Source of the DNA: Deferribacterales bacterium
Lineage (GTDB): Bacteria; Chrysiogenota; Deferribacteres; Deferribacterales; Geovibrionaceae
NCBI GenBank assembly: GCA_050253075.1
Contig: JBFWJS010000002.1
Span: forward strand, 64,001-128,000
DNA: 64,000 bases
Direction of reading: 5' to 3'
Shown here: positions 20,520 to 31,786 of the stretch, piece by piece
How the letters are laid out: each line of letters opens with the position of its first letter
Numbering within the stretch: position 1 is the stretch's first letter
The notes under the pieces: model-generated
What the model was told of the DNA's origin: nothing
What the model saw: only the letters and a program-made list of their open reading frames with translations
Database searches by the model: none
Made by a program: the position numbers and the translations under genes

Positions 20520-21073
20520 CAGTTCGCCTCCACAGCATATCGCCCGAGGAAATCAAGGGCACTGTTCACAGCTTCGCACACCGCACGTGGTGATATCGTA
20601 GCTCCGCTGAATTCGTCTATGTCTCCACCGTCTTTCTTAACGGCGATCTTTGAGTCTTTACCCAGCCCGACAAATGTGTCTTTCCAGCTTTTATCCTCGA
20701 TCTTATTACCCAGACCGGGGGTCTCCGCATGCTGGAGTATCTCTACGCCGAGTATCTTTCCGTGTGTGTCCACACCCACGAGGATGCCGATATCACCGGA
20801 GTATCCCTTCGGCGATACGGAGCGCACGGCGTATCCGAAGACCTCTCCGCCTTTGCGTCCGATGTATATCTTCTTCCCTTCCATGTCTTTGAAATCAAGG
20901 TCGGGCTCGTTGTCGAATCCGGGCAGAACAACCTTCAGACCTTTCAGGAAGTCTTTGCGGTATTCCTCTGCTATCTTATCCTTTGTGCCCGAATATACGG
21001 TGGAAAGGATAAGGGATGATATCAGTGTGATGACGATGAGCACTATCACCATCTTTATCGGAGAGTTCTTCAT
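20519..21073 (-). CDS. rnfG: Rnf complex subunit G
   Basis: ETPGLG and SGAT FMN-attachment site. Confidence 0.95.
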   Translation of the reverse strand: MKNSPIKMVIVLIVITLISSLILSTVYSGTKDKIAEEYRKDFLKGLKVVLPGFDNEPDLDFKDMEGKKIYIGRKGGEVFGYAVRSVSPKGYSGDIGILVGVDTHGKILGVEILQHAETPGLGNKIEDKSWKDTFVGLGKDSKIAVKKDGGDIDEFSGATISPRAVCEAVNSALDFLGRYAVEAN

Positions 21074-22059
21074 TTCGAAGCCTCCCCGAAGCTCTTCGGA
21101 CGCATGTAGTTGTCGAGAAGCGGCACGAAGGCATTCATTATAAGTATGGCAAAGCCGACCCCCTCGGGATAGCTGCCGAAAAGTCTGATAATAACGGTAA
21201 TAAGACCGCAGCCAAATCCGAAGATGAGCTGAGCCCTTTTCACCATAGGAGATGTGACATAGTCTGTAGCCATGAAGAAAGCACCGAGCATCACACCGCC
21301 GCTGACGATGTGCAGCACGGGGTTGATGGTCTGATCCGGTGCAATCAGCCAGTATACGCCTGTCAGCGCAAATACCGTACCGATGAATGAAACAGGGATG
21401 TGCCAGCTTATCACACGCTGCTGGAGAAGCATAAAACCGCCGAGCATAACGAGCAGAGCGGAATCACCGCCGAGACATCCGCTGACATTACCTATCAGCT
21501 GATCCATAATGGGGGCGATATTCCCCGCTACTACGTGCCCCTGACTAAGCAGGTCGGCCTTCATAGAGCCGAGAGGCGTAGCAGTCGAAACAGCGTCGAA
21601 GACAAGACCGTTCTTCACCGTCTGTGGGACTATCCATGCGGTCATCTCCGCAGGCCATGCGATCAGCAGAAACACCCTGCCCACCAGAGCGGGGTTGAAA
21701 GGGTTCTGCCCTAGCCCGCCATAGACGGATTTGCTAACGATTATAGCCACGAAAGAACCTACCAGCATAAGCCACCACGGAGCCCCCGCAGGCATGTTCA
21801 TAGCCAGCAGAAAGCCCGTCAGCAGTGCCGAATTATCCTTTATCTGCGATTCCCTGCCCGATATCTTATCAAAGAGATATTCGAAGCCGACACAGAACAG
21901 GATAGTGAGCAGGTAGCCCTTCACGGCGTAATGTCCGTAGAAATATATAGAGCCTATCATCGACGGCATAAGAGCTGCCACGACAAGCATCATTACCTTA
22001 TTGGTTGTCATCGGGTCACGATCATGGGGAGAGAACATAACCATAAGTTTATCAGCCAT
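21070..22059 (-). CDS. rnfD: Rnf complex subunit D
   Basis: GGLGQNPFNPA, STATPL, MATDYVTSP; start at MADK. Confidence 0.95.
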   Translation of the reverse strand: MADKLMVMFSPHDRDPMTTNKVMMLVVAALMPSMIGSIYFYGHYAVKGYLLTILFCVGFEYLFDKISGRESQIKDNSALLTGFLLAMNMPAGAPWWLMLVGSFVAIIVSKSVYGGLGQNPFNPALVGRVFLLIAWPAEMTAWIVPQTVKNGLVFDAVSTATPLGSMKADLLSQGHVVAGNIAPIMDQLIGNVSGCLGGDSALLVMLGGFMLLQQRVISWHIPVSFIGTVFALTGVYWLIAPDQTINPVLHIVSGGVMLGAFFMATDYVTSPMVKRAQLIFGFGCGLITVIIRLFGSYPEGVGFAILIMNAFVPLLDNYMRPKSFGEASK

Positions 22060-23362
22060 TTTTGTTCTCCTCTCTCGCACGCAGTATGCCCGCCACGATA
22101 CGTTTCGATGTTTTAAATCCGCTGGCGAGCGTCCTTCGGGAAGGACAAACGTAAGAACAGCATCCGCATTCGATACAGTTCATAACGTGCCAGTCGGCTA
22201 ATGATTCATACAGCTCCTTTATAACGAACCTGTCCATCGCAGAAGGTATGAGCCCCATCGGGCATGCCTCGATACACCTTCCGCAGCGCATACATTTGTA
22301 CTGCTTCAGGTCGGGCATATCTTCCTCACGGTATACCAGGATACCGCTTGTCCCCTTCATCACAGGGGTGTCTATTGTTGTGATAGCGAGCCCCATCATA
22401 GGTCCGCCCATTACTATCTTTTTCGGTTTCCCCGTAAAGCCTCCGCAGTATTCGATGAGCTTTGAAACTGGTGTCCCCACCCTGACCATAAGGTTCTTCG
22501 GCTCTTTCACTGCGCCCGTCACGGTCACCATCCTCTCATACAGAGGCTTTTTATGCTCTACGACATCATATATCGCAGCGCATGTGCCCACGTTGTGCAC
22601 TATAACGCCGACCTCCATAGGGAGCTGGCCTTCGGGCACGACTCTGTCGAGGCAGGCTTTGATGAGCTGTTTCTCACCGCCCTGTGGATATTTAACCTCA
22701 AGCTCCACAAGCTCAAAGTTGTATTCTTTCTCATATTTTTTAAATGCCGCTATGGCATCGGGTTTGTTCTTTTCTATGCCGACCACGAGTCTTTCGAGGT
22801 TCAGCTTTTCACGGATGATGGATGCGCCCTTTATGATGTCTTCGGTACGCTCCAGCATTATACGGTGGTCACATGTGAGGTAAGGCTCGCATTCTGCACC
22901 GTTTATCAGAAGCGCATCAACATCTTTCGGCGGAGACAGCTTTACGTGTGAAGGGAATGTCGCTCCACCCATACCCGCAATACCGCCGAACATGACGGCA
23001 CGCTGAAATGTCGCAGCGTCCTCCAGAGGCATGTAGCCGTCGCCGACCTCCTCGACCTCTATGCTGACACCGGGGACACGCCCGCCCACAGGGTGCGGCA
23101 CTGTGCCTACGGCGACAACCTTCCCCGTAACGGAGCTGTGAATGGTGGTGCTGATGAATCCCGCTGCTTCGCCTATCGGCTCGCCTGTTTTCACCTGCTG
23201 ATTCTTTTTGACGAGAACCTTCGCAGGGGCTCCGATGTGCTGTGCCAGCGGTATATGGACGACCTCGCCTACTTCGACTGGCAGGGTCTCTACAGATTTA
23301 GCCTCTGTGGCGGACTTGTTATACTTTGGGTGTATTCCGCCTTTAAATCCGAAATATGGCAT
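22052..23362 (-). CDS. rnfC: Rnf complex subunit C
   Basis: QHIGAP, GMGGATFP, NGAECEPY, two 4Fe-4S motifs. Confidence 0.96.
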   Translation of the reverse strand: MPYFGFKGGIHPKYNKSATEAKSVETLPVEVGEVVHIPLAQHIGAPAKVLVKKNQQVKTGEPIGEAAGFISTTIHSSVTGKVVAVGTVPHPVGGRVPGVSIEVEEVGDGYMPLEDAATFQRAVMFGGIAGMGGATFPSHVKLSPPKDVDALLINGAECEPYLTCDHRIMLERTEDIIKGASIIREKLNLERLVVGIEKNKPDAIAAFKKYEKEYNFELVELEVKYPQGGEKQLIKACLDRVVPEGQLPMEVGVIVHNVGTCAAIYDVVEHKKPLYERMVTVTGAVKEPKNLMVRVGTPVSKLIEYCGGFTGKPKKIVMGGPMMGLAITTIDTPVMKGTSGILVYREEDMPDLKQYKCMRCGRCIEACPMGLIPSAMDRFVIKELYESLADWHVMNCIECGCCSYVCPSRRTLASGFKTSKRIVAGILRAREENKNG

Positions 23363-23363
23363 A

Positions 23364-23825
23364 TCAAAACGTTCCTTTCGGCTCGTATTTTATCAATTGT
23401 ATCTTTTTTTCGTAGAACATCTCTTCAGCGAGAGGATCCGCATAGTCCTGTTCGTATATGACCTTTGTGATGCCTGAGTTGCATATCATCTTTGCGCATA
23501 TGGAGCACGGCTTTGTGTTGCAGTAGAGCACTGCGCCGTTGATGCTGATGCCGTGATAGGCAGCCTGTACGATGGCATTCTGTTCTGCGTGCAGTCCGCG
23601 GCATATCTCATGCCTCTGCCCCGAAGGTATCTTCATCTGTTCACGCAGACAGCCTGTCTCGCTGCAATGTCTGATTCCGCTGGGCACTCCGTTGTACCCT
23701 GTGGCGAGGATGTGATGGTTCTTGACGATGAGCGCCCCTACCTGTCTTCTCAGGCATGTGGAGCGTTTTTTGACGACATTGGTCATCTCAATAAAATAAT
23801 CGTCCCAGTCAGGTCTTTCGTGCAT
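23364..23825 (-). CDS. dCMP deaminase (ComEB family)
   Basis: RPDWDDYF, HAEQNA, PCSIC. Confidence 0.92.
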   Translation of the reverse strand: MHERPDWDDYFIEMTNVVKKRSTCLRRQVGALIVKNHHILATGYNGVPSGIRHCSETGCLREQMKIPSGQRHEICRGLHAEQNAIVQAAYHGISINGAVLYCNTKPCSICAKMICNSGITKVIYEQDYADPLAEEMFYEKKIQLIKYEPKGTF

Positions 23826-23870
23826 AAGTGTCTCCTTATGACAGAACCTGCGGTCTCATGAATATTAAAA

Positions 23871-23960
23871 CGTCACCCTGAGGAAAAGCCTGGCTTTGAC
23901 GTCAGGGTCTCAGCTTCTGTCTGAGATTCTCACGCTGCTATTCAAGCAGCTCAGAATGAC
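23871..23960. repeat. CGTC-type palindromic (REP-like) element
   Basis: CGTCACCCTGAG...CTCAGAATGAC terminal inverted repeats with internal hairpins. Confidence 0.7.
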
Positions 23961-24002
23961 TTAGTGTGGCTTGCCGTTTACACGGCAAACCACATACTAT
24001 TT

Positions 24003-25262
24003 CTAATAGAGTTTCCCTTTATAAAGCGGGAAATTTCCGCAAAGTTCTTTGATTCTGCCTTTAACCTCTTCGATCTTGGCATCATTATCTATATTGTCGA
24101 GCACGTCGGCTATAGCGTTACCTATAACCACCATCTCAGGCTCTTTCATGTTACGGCTGGTAACGGCAGGAGCACCGAGACGGATACCGCTTGTCACGAA
24201 AGGACTGCGTGTCTCGAATGGTATCGTGTTTTTATTGGCGGTAATGTTCGCCTTGCCGAGAGCGGCTTCGGCGTCTTTACCTGTTATATCCTGTTTTGTG
24301 AGGTCCACGAGCATCAGGTGGTTGTCTGTTCCGCCGGATACTATTCTGTAGCCTCTTTCCATAAGTGTGGCAGCGAGCTTCTTAGCGTTTGCGGCTACCT
24401 GCTTCTGGTATTCCTTAAACTCAGGAGAGAGAGCCTCTTTAAAAGCGGCAGCCTTTGCAGCGATAACGTGCATGAGAGGTCCGCCCTGAGAACCTGGGAA
24501 TATCCTTGAGTTGATCTTTTTAGCGATCTCTTCATCGTTTGTAAGGATGATACCGCCTCTTGGTCCTCTCAGAGTTTTATGTGTTGTCGATGTTGTTATG
24601 TGTGCGTATTCTGTCGGGCTCGGGTGTACGCCTGCGGCAACGAGTCCTGCGAAGTGCGCCATATCCACCACAAGGTAAGCACCGACCATATCAGCTATCT
24701 CACGGAAACGCTTGAAGTCGATGATGCGCGGATAAGCAGATGCGCCGGCTATGATGAGCTTCGGCTTGTGCTCTTTCGCAAGTGCTTCGAGTGCTTCGTA
24801 GTCTATTGTCTCAGTATCTTCGGAAACACCGTAAGGCACTACGTTATACAGCTTTCCTGAAAAGTTTACAGGGCTGCCGTGTGTGAGGTGTCCGCCGTGG
24901 GAGAGGTTCATGCCGAGTATGGTGTCGCCCGGCTCGATGAGAGCGAAGTAAGCAGCCATATTAGCCTGGCTTCCCGAGTGCGGCTGAACGTTTGCGTATT
25001 TAACATTGAAGAGCTCTTTCACTCTTTCGATAGCGAGCTTTTCAGCTATATCGACGAATTCGCATCCGCCGTAGTATCTCTTATCAGGATATCCTTCTGC
25101 GTATTTGTTTGTCAGCACAGAGCCCTGTACTTCCATCACGGCAGGGGAAACAAAGTTTTCGCTGGCGATCAGCTCAACGTGTGTTTCCTGTCTTTCGACT
25201 TCTTTCATCATTGCATCGTATAATTCAGGATCAAATCCTTTGGTCAGTTCGTAAAGACCCAT
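24003..25262 (-). CDS. glyA: Serine hydroxymethyltransferase
   Basis: [25 protein letters not shown]. Confidence 0.98.
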   Translation of the reverse strand: MGLYELTKGFDPELYDAMMKEVERQETHVELIASENFVSPAVMEVQGSVLTNKYAEGYPDKRYYGGCEFVDIAEKLAIERVKELFNVKYANVQPHSGSQANMAAYFALIEPGDTILGMNLSHGGHLTHGSPVNFSGKLYNVVPYGVSEDTETIDYEALEALAKEHKPKLIIAGASAYPRIIDFKRFREIADMVGAYLVVDMAHFAGLVAAGVHPSPTEYAHITTSTTHKTLRGPRGGIILTNDEEIAKKINSRIFPGSQGGPLMHVIAAKAAAFKEALSPEFKEYQKQVAANAKKLAATLMERGYRIVSGGTDNHLMLVDLTKQDITGKDAEAALGKANITANKNTIPFETRSPFVTSGIRLGAPAVTSRNMKEPEMVVIGNAIADVLDNIDNDAKIEEVKGRIKELCGNFPLYKGKLY

Positions 25263-25288
25263 AATATAATTCCCTTCCCTTTAAGAAC

Positions 25289-25741
25289 TTACTTCCAGCT
25301 GTCCGCTGCAAGCTCGTCGAGTTTATCTATTCTGCGCTGGTGTCTGCCCCCTTCAAAGTCAGTTTCGAGGAAGAGGTCCACCATATCTTTTGCTCTGTCT
25401 ATTGTTGTTATCCTGCCGCCTATTGCCATGATGTTTGCGTCGTTGTGCTGCCTGCACATCTTCGCAGTATAAGCATCAAAGCAGAGCGCGGCACGTATGC
25501 CTTTAAACTTGTTTGCGGCGATGGATATGCCTATTCCTGAACCGCACATGATGATGGCGCAGTCTGCCTCACCGTTTATAATAGCCTGAGCTGCCTTTGC
25601 TCCGTATTCAGGGTAGTCCACGGATTCCTCAGAGTTTGTCCCGAGGTCGATCAGTTCATAATTCTTTGATTTGAGGTAGTCGATTATCTCGCCTTTGAGC
25701 TGATATCCGCCGTGGTCAGATGCAAGTGCTACTTTTTTCAC
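25289..25741 (-). CDS. rpiB: Ribose-5-phosphate isomerase B
   Basis: SDHGG, CGSGIG, FEGGRH. Confidence 0.96.
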   Translation of the reverse strand: MKKVALASDHGGYQLKGEIIDYLKSKNYELIDLGTNSEESVDYPEYGAKAAQAIINGEADCAIIMCGSGIGISIAANKFKGIRAALCFDAYTAKMCRQHNDANIMAIGGRITTIDRAKDMVDLFLETDFEGGRHQRRIDKLDELAADSWK

Positions 25742-25958
25742 AAAAACTCCATTGCGTGTTCTAAAATAAGTACACGCCTTATCTTTATAAATAGCAGTAG
25801 TTTAAACAGTTAATAACCAAATATAAACAGCTTATAAAACTTCGATTTTAAGATTTCAAAAATAATAGCATAACTGTTTTAAACTTCAACCACTATATTT
25901 AGTTTTTTGATATCTGGTATCGAACTATAGTATTTGACTATAGCAGAGAGCCCGTAAA

Positions 25959-26867
25959 CTATTCGTTTCTTGGAATAGCGAGCATTCTGTCGATACAGGT
26001 AACAGCCTTTTTCGTTATCTCCGGGTCCACGGTGATGACATTGCTCATATCACGCAGACACTCATAGACATTTTTAAGGGTCGTCTTCTTCATATTTTTA
26101 CATACGAAATCATCATATGCAAAGATAAACTCCTTATCGGGGTTTTCTTTTCTGAGACGGTATCCGACACCCTTCTCTGTTCCTATTATGAACTGCTTTT
26201 TATCGCTGTTCTTGCAGTATCCGTACAGTCCGGATGTGGAGCAGACGTGATGCGCCATCTCTACCACCGCAGGCGGGCACTCAGGATGAGCGACAAACTC
26301 TGCGTCAGGGTATTTAGCCATCATATCTTCCACCTGCTTGGGTGTCAGTCTGTTATGTATCGGGCAGAAGCCCGGGTAGAGGATGACCTCTTTATCGGTG
26401 AACCTCTGTACGTAGTGACCGAGGTTTTTATCAGGTACAAATATTATCTGGTCTGACTCGATGCTCTTGATGACGTTAACGGCGTTTCCTGATGTACAGC
26501 AGAGGTCGCACTCTGATTTAACATCTGCGCTGGAGTTCACGTAGCATACGGTCGTTGCATTTGGATAGTCTTTCTTGAACTCACGCAGTTTTTCGCCTGT
26601 GATCATATCTGCCATCGGGCAGCCTGCGTCGAGGTTCGGCAGGAGAACAGTCTTATCCGGCGCCAGCATATGCGCTGTTTCTGCCATGAAGTGCACACCG
26701 CAGAAGACTATTACTTTATTTTCGACCTTTGCGGCCTCTATGGAAAGTCCGAGTGAGTCGCCCACGATGTCGGCGAGCTCCTGAATCTCATCTATCTGAT
26801 AGTTATGGGCAAGGATGACGGCATCCCTCTCTTTGGCTAGTTTCTTTATCTCAGCCTTGTAGTCCAT
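25959..26867 (-). CDS. nadA: Quinolinate synthase
   Basis: [23 protein letters not shown]. Confidence 0.96.
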   Translation of the reverse strand: MDYKAEIKKLAKERDAVILAHNYQIDEIQELADIVGDSLGLSIEAAKVENKVIVFCGVHFMAETAHMLAPDKTVLLPNLDAGCPMADMITGEKLREFKKDYPNATTVCYVNSSADVKSECDLCCTSGNAVNVIKSIESDQIIFVPDKNLGHYVQRFTDKEVILYPGFCPIHNRLTPKQVEDMMAKYPDAEFVAHPECPPAVVEMAHHVCSTSGLYGYCKNSDKKQFIIGTEKGVGYRLRKENPDKEFIFAYDDFVCKNMKKTTLKNVYECLRDMSNVITVDPEITKKAVTCIDRMLAIPRNE

Positions 26868-26868
26868 A

Positions 26869-27645
26869 TCAATCTCCCGAAGTTATTGACAACCTTTTAA
26901 AATCAGTGATCTCTCTATTGTCTCCGTACTCAAAAAACAGGGCATTAAACAACATTTTACCCCTCTTTTCAACCTCAAATTTCCTCGGCAGTCCTTTGAC
27001 AAACCTCTCGATAGGAGCTTCTTTCTCCATCCCTATCACAGAGTTAAGAGCGCCGCACATGCCCACATCAGTCTGAAAAAGAGTCCCTTTTGGGAGTACT
27101 CTCTCATCCGATGTCTGCACATGGGTATGAGTACCTACAACAGTCCCTGCTCTGCCGTCGGCATAAAATCCGAAAGCAGCCTTTTCGCTGGTCGCCTCTG
27201 CGTGGAAATCCACCATGACAAACCCCTCGTCGATATATGATCGTATCGCATCGAACTTCTTAAATGGACAGTCCGAGAGACCCATATATATTCTTCCGAT
27301 GAGGTTGATTACGGTAAACTTCTTTCCGCTTCTTTCGATAGTGATGTATCCGTTGCCGGGGACACCCTCGGGCAGATTTGCAGGGCGTATCAGACAGTCC
27401 ATCTTATGTATGGATGTCTCTGTCTCCCTGTTGTCCCAGATATGGTTGCCTGTGGTCATGATGTCTATGTCGAGCCTTCTCAGCTCTTCATACACGGCAT
27501 ATGTGATGCCGAAACCGCCGGATGCATTCTCCGCATTGGCGATGATGATGTCAGGCTTATATTCTTGGCGGACAAGGGGCAGAAAGGTTTTAACCGCCTT
27601 TCTGCCTGTCCTGCCTATAATATCTCCGATGTGGAGTATTCTCAC
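26869..27645 (-). CDS. ymdB: YmdB-like metallophosphoesterase
   Basis: [23 protein letters not shown]; directly after rny. Confidence 0.92.
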   Translation of the reverse strand: MRILHIGDIIGRTGRKAVKTFLPLVRQEYKPDIIIANAENASGGFGITYAVYEELRRLDIDIMTTGNHIWDNRETETSIHKMDCLIRPANLPEGVPGNGYITIERSGKKFTVINLIGRIYMGLSDCPFKKFDAIRSYIDEGFVMVDFHAEATSEKAAFGFYADGRAGTVVGTHTHVQTSDERVLPKGTLFQTDVGMCGALNSVIGMEKEAPIERFVKGLPRKFEVEKRGKMLFNALFFEYGDNREITDFKRLSITSGD

Positions 27646-29201
27646 TTTGCGTATCCGACTGCTCTGGCCTCCCTGATGACAGTCACTTTGATCTGTCCGG
27701 GATATGTGAGCTCATCTTCTATCTGTTTAGAGATGTCTTTGGAGAGAGTAATAAGTCTCTCGTCGTTTACCTTCTCAGGCTCAACTATGATGCGTACTTC
27801 GCGTCCCGCCTGAATAGCGTAGGACTTCTGTACTCCGTCGAATCCGCCTGCGATGGTCTCAAGGTTTTCCAGACGCTTGATGTAGCTCTCGAGAACCTCA
27901 CGTCTAGCACCCGGGCGTGAAGCGGATATAGCATCCGCAGCCTGTACCAGAACAGCCTCGATACACTTGAACTCTTCCTCACCGTGGTGGGAAGCGATAG
28001 CGTTGAGTACTCTCCAGTCTTCCTTGTGCTTTTTGGCAACTTCCACACCGATCTCAGTGTGAGAGCCTTCTGCCTCATAGTCGATAGCTTTACCGATATC
28101 GTGAAGGAGACCGGCACGTTTCGCTATCTTTTCGTTAAGTCCGAGCTCAGCAGCCATCAGACCTGTGATCTTCGCAACTTCTATAGCGTGTCCGAGTACA
28201 TTCTGTCCGTAGGATGTTCTGTATTTCAGACGGCCGAGAAGGCGTGTGATCTCTTTGCTGACGCTGTGCAGTCCGAGGTTGAAGAGGGCTTCCTCACCAA
28301 CTTCGAGCACGTGTTTCTCAAGCTCTTCTTTAGCTTTGTTATATACTTCCTCGATCCTTGCAGGGTGGATACGTCCGTCAGACACCAGTCTTTCCAGTGT
28401 CATCTTGGCTATCTCTCTGCGGAATGGGTCGTAGGAAGAAAGGATAACCGCTTCCGGAGTGTCGTCGACAATGATATCTACCCCTGTCACACTCTCGAAA
28501 GTACGGATGTTTCGTCCTTCACGTCCGATGATACGTCCCTTCATCTCGTCACTAGGCAGTGCAACCACTGTCACGGTGATCTCAGAGATGTATTCAGGTG
28601 CGCATCGCTGGATGGCTGTGGAGATGATGCTTCTGGCTTTTTTATCTGCCTCTGCTTTTGTCTCTTCCTCCATCTCACGGAGCGTTCTTGCAGCTTCGAG
28701 CTTCGCATCGTCTACCATCTGCTCGATGAGCATCTGTTTAGCTTCTTCGCTTGTCATATTGGCGATCTTTTCAGTCTCCATTATGATGTTCTGCTTGAGC
28801 TCGTTCACACGCTCTCTTGTAGCGTCGATGTCTCTCAGACGTTTTTCGATGTCAGCCTCTTTTTCTGCAAAGCCTTCCTCTTTCTTTTCGATAGATTCCA
28901 GCTTGCGGTCGAGCGACTCTTCCTTCTGGATTATGCGCTTTTCCTGCGATTTGAGGTCATTTCTTTTTTCACGGACCTCTTTTTCAAGTTCTTGTTTTCC
29001 TTTGAATACGACGTCTTTAGACTCGATCTTAGCTTCTTTCAGGATCTCGTCAGACTCGCGTTTCGCCTTGCTGATAATGTCTTCAGCGGTTTTGTTCAAT
29101 TTCTGGTTTTCGGCGTCATTTCTTTTCTTCTGCATAAACATGCCGAAAAATGCGCCAATAACAGCTGCGGCCAGCACTAGTAGGTAATAAGTGACTCCCA
29201 T
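27642..29201 (-). CDS. rny: Ribonuclease Y
   Basis: TM, coiled coil, KH ([12 protein letters not shown]), HD (LLHDIGK). Confidence 0.97.
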   Translation of the reverse strand: MGVTYYLLVLAAAVIGAFFGMFMQKKRNDAENQKLNKTAEDIISKAKRESDEILKEAKIESKDVVFKGKQELEKEVREKRNDLKSQEKRIIQKEESLDRKLESIEKKEEGFAEKEADIEKRLRDIDATRERVNELKQNIIMETEKIANMTSEEAKQMLIEQMVDDAKLEAARTLREMEEETKAEADKKARSIISTAIQRCAPEYISEITVTVVALPSDEMKGRIIGREGRNIRTFESVTGVDIIVDDTPEAVILSSYDPFRREIAKMTLERLVSDGRIHPARIEEVYNKAKEELEKHVLEVGEEALFNLGLHSVSKEITRLLGRLKYRTSYGQNVLGHAIEVAKITGLMAAELGLNEKIAKRAGLLHDIGKAIDYEAEGSHTEIGVEVAKKHKEDWRVLNAIASHHGEEEFKCIEAVLVQAADAISASRPGARREVLESYIKRLENLETIAGGFDGVQKSYAIQAGREVRIIVEPEKVNDERLITLSKDISKQIEDELTYPGQIKVTVIREARAVGYAK

Positions 29202-29758
29202 TAGCTGTTCCTCCTGTATATATATTTCTCGGTTACAAGTACGTCCATCGGCATGTCGTGGGGCTCACAGTCAAAAGTGTCAAAAAGCTGACACTCAAAA
29301 GCCAAACCGACGACAGCGCCGAAACGCACCGCCCCAAGGAGCCTGTCATAATATCCCTTACCGTAGCCTATCCTGTGCAGCTCCTTATCGAATGCCACAC
29401 CGGGGACAACGGCAATGTCTATATGTTTTAAATCAGCGCACTCCACAGGCTCCTGAATCCCGAATGCGCCGCATGAAAGACTGTCGCAACCTGTGTAAGA
29501 GCCGATTCTCAGCTCTTCCCCGCATACAACGGGAAGGTAAACAGCCTTGTTCATTCCGTATAAATGCTCTATCAGCCTGTGCGTCTGCACCTCGCTTCTA
29601 AAGCTGCTGTAAAGCAGAAAACTGTCAAAAGCACCAAACTCTGAAAGGAAGCTATCCGTTATCTTATCGGAAAACTCACTTATCTGAGATTTTGCAAGAG
29701 TGTCCCTCACCGCAAGGGCAGCCTTTCTCGCCTGCTTTTTGTCCATAGGCTTTATCAT
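29201..29758 (-). CDS. ygfA: 5-formyltetrahydrofolate cyclo-ligase
   Basis: [22 protein letters not shown]. Confidence 0.93.
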   Translation of the reverse strand: MIKPMDKKQARKAALAVRDTLAKSQISEFSDKITDSFLSEFGAFDSFLLYSSFRSEVQTHRLIEHLYGMNKAVYLPVVCGEELRIGSYTGCDSLSCGAFGIQEPVECADLKHIDIAVVPGVAFDKELHRIGYGKGYYDRLLGAVRFGAVVGLAFECQLFDTFDCEPHDMPMDVLVTEKYIYRRNS

Positions 29759-30959
29759 TACCCCACAGATTTTTCAGCTTTTCAGCTATTCTCTTTTCAA
29801 ATCCGGCATCCGAAGGGTCGTAAAAGACCGTCTTCCTGATACCGCTGTATTCCTGCTTTACAAATCCGCCGTGGTCAAAGGGGTACTGATACCCTTTTCC
29901 TTCCGTACGCAGGTGATACGGAACGCTCGGCGTGTTCTCTTTCAGATACTCTTTCGCACAGTGCATGCTCATATAGCTCCTGTTGCTCTTCGGACAGGAG
30001 GCGAGGAATGTTATGACCTGAGCGAGGATGATGTCCCCCTCGGGTCTGCCCACAGCCTGAAAGGCCTCATAGGCACTGTTTGCGAAAACGAGAGCATCGG
30101 GGAAAGCATTCCCGATATCCTCAGAGGCGGATATAAGCAGCCTCCTGAATATCGCCTCGGGCTCCACACCGCATTCCAAAAGGCGGAAACCCCATATGAG
30201 AGCGGCGTCAGGGTCTGTCCCCCGCACACTCTTTATCATAGCAGAAAGCATGTCGTAATGCTCATCTGCACTGTATCTGCTGTCTGTGGTGCATTCCAGA
30301 GCCTTTGATATCCCCAGATGCAGCACGTCACCTTTAAATATACCATTAACTGCAGACAGTTCCAAAACAGATAAGAATCTGCGTGCATCACCGTCGGCAG
30401 ATTTGACAAGCTGTTCGAACTCTTCGTCCGCACAGACAACGCCGTCAGCCTTATAACGCTTCATGAAGTAGGCTTTTACTCTTTCGTAAAGCTCTTCAAA
30501 GTCAGACATTTCCAGACGTTCAAGCCTGAAAACGAAACTGCGCGAGCGCAGAGGCTGTATTAAATTGTGATAGGGGTTTTCTGTGGATGCTCCGATAAGC
30601 TTTGCCAGACCGGTATCTATCATATTCAGCAGAAGAACCTGCTGGGTTTTGTTAAACCTGTGGAGCTCGTCCACAAAAACCAGTGCAGTCTTGCCTGCGT
30701 GTCTGGCGGATTCCATTATCTGTTTCAGGTCGCTAGAGCCTGCTGTCGCTGCATGCAGGCTGAAGAAAGGCATATTAAGTATCTTTCCGATGATCTCGGC
30801 CATTGTGGTCTTCCCTGTTCCGGGGGGGCCCACAAGTATAACGGAGTCAAATCCTCCGTCCTCGACCATCTTTCTAAATACAGAATCAACGCCTTTCAGA
30901 TGCTTTTGTCCGACTATATCGTCAAAGGCACTCGGCCTAAGCTCTTCGAGTATCTTCAT
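29676..30959 (-). CDS. rarA: Replication-associated recombination protein A (MgsA)
   Basis: LRP, GPPGTGKTT, DELHRFNK, STENP, ASEDIGNA. Confidence 0.93.
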   Translation of the reverse strand: MKILEELRPSAFDDIVGQKHLKGVDSVFRKMVEDGGFDSVILVGPPGTGKTTMAEIIGKILNMPFFSLHAATAGSSDLKQIMESARHAGKTALVFVDELHRFNKTQQVLLLNMIDTGLAKLIGASTENPYHNLIQPLRSRSFVFRLERLEMSDFEELYERVKAYFMKRYKADGVVCADEEFEQLVKSADGDARRFLSVLELSAVNGIFKGDVLHLGISKALECTTDSRYSADEHYDMLSAMIKSVRGTDPDAALIWGFRLLECGVEPEAIFRRLLISASEDIGNAFPDALVFANSAYEAFQAVGRPEGDIILAQVITFLASCPKSNRSYMSMHCAKEYLKENTPSVPYHLRTEGKGYQYPFDHGGFVKQEYSGIRKTVFYDPSDAGFEKRIAEKLKNLWGNDKAYGQKAGEKGCPCGEGHSCKISDK

Positions 30960-31007
30960 TTATAACCCCTTAAGGGTTGCCCGTATCACACGAGTTTTAT
31001 ATATAAA

Positions 31008-31185
31008 AACCCCCGCAGGCGCCGTCGATATAGTCCAATTGTAGCCCTATTAACAAGGGCGGAGGAATCACGGATACTTAAGGCTTCCTACTCAAGGCAG
31101 GCATGCACACCGCACCCAGTATCATCCCCCGTTTTTGGAGTGTTGGCTCCAATTTTCCTATACCTTAACGAACGCCGCAGGGGTT
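31008..31185 (-). ncRNA. ssrS: 6S RNA
   Basis: About 180 nt directly after zapA; ends pair (CCCCTGCGGCG...CGCCTGCGGGGG) to close a long rod; conserved zapA-ssrS-ygfA context. Confidence 0.85.
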
Positions 31186-31189
31186 ATCT

Positions 31190-31459
31190 TTATGCTGTCT
31201 TATCTATCATTTCTACGACTTTGCTCATGATGCTGCCTTTTTCGTCTCTCAGCTCCATGCATTCCGCTGCAAAGCTGAAGGCTGCCATCACGGCAAGTTT
31301 CTGTGTATCTGGAGCATTTGCCATACGCTCGATCTCGTTCATCTTTCCGTTGAGCATATCGACAACTCTGTTTACAAAGTCTATGTCTTTATCGGTCTTC
31401 ATAAAGTACTTCATGCCCCTTATGGTGACCTTATATTCATTGACAGGCACTAAAAGCAC
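31190..31459 (-). CDS. zapA: Cell division protein ZapA
   Basis: VTIRG..Y, KLAVMAAFSFA; locus context. Confidence 0.85.
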   Translation of the reverse strand: MLLVPVNEYKVTIRGMKYFMKTDKDIDFVNRVVDMLNGKMNEIERMANAPDTQKLAVMAAFSFAAECMELRDEKGSIMSKVVEMIDKTA

Positions 31460-31468
31460 CCCGCTGCT

Positions 31469-31660
31469 TTAAAGTCTGCCGAGCAGGTCTTCGACCTTAA
31501 CCCGTACAGCCTCTTTTTGTTCGTGTATTCTCCTATTCTCATCCCGCAGTTCGGCATTTTCCTGCTGAAGCTGCAGATTCTTCTTCTGCTCCTCGTTTAA
31601 CCGGACGAGCAGCTCGTCTAACTTACTACTTAAAATATCCAGTTTCTCAAGAAGTTCCAT
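31469..31660 (-). CDS. zapB: ZapB-like coiled-coil protein
   Basis: 63-aa coiled coil ending VEDLLGRL, upstream of zapA. Confidence 0.7.
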   Translation of the reverse strand: MELLEKLDILSSKLDELLVRLNEEQKKNLQLQQENAELRDENRRIHEQKEAVRVKVEDLLGRL

Positions 31661-31786
31661 GACAAATTTATTACTATAATTTTAAACGTAAGTCAATCAC
31701 ATTGAAACTAAATTATATATGCTCAAATATTCATTTAAACACCTTTTTTACTGGAAAAACGGGGGTTTAGGTGCTATTATCCCTTT

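Noticed and set aside
27984..29187. Long plus-strand ORFs opposite rny (similar ones opposite nrdD, rnfG/E, mutase, ALDH)
   Set aside because: Antisense shadows of well-conserved genes, with no motifs or RBS.
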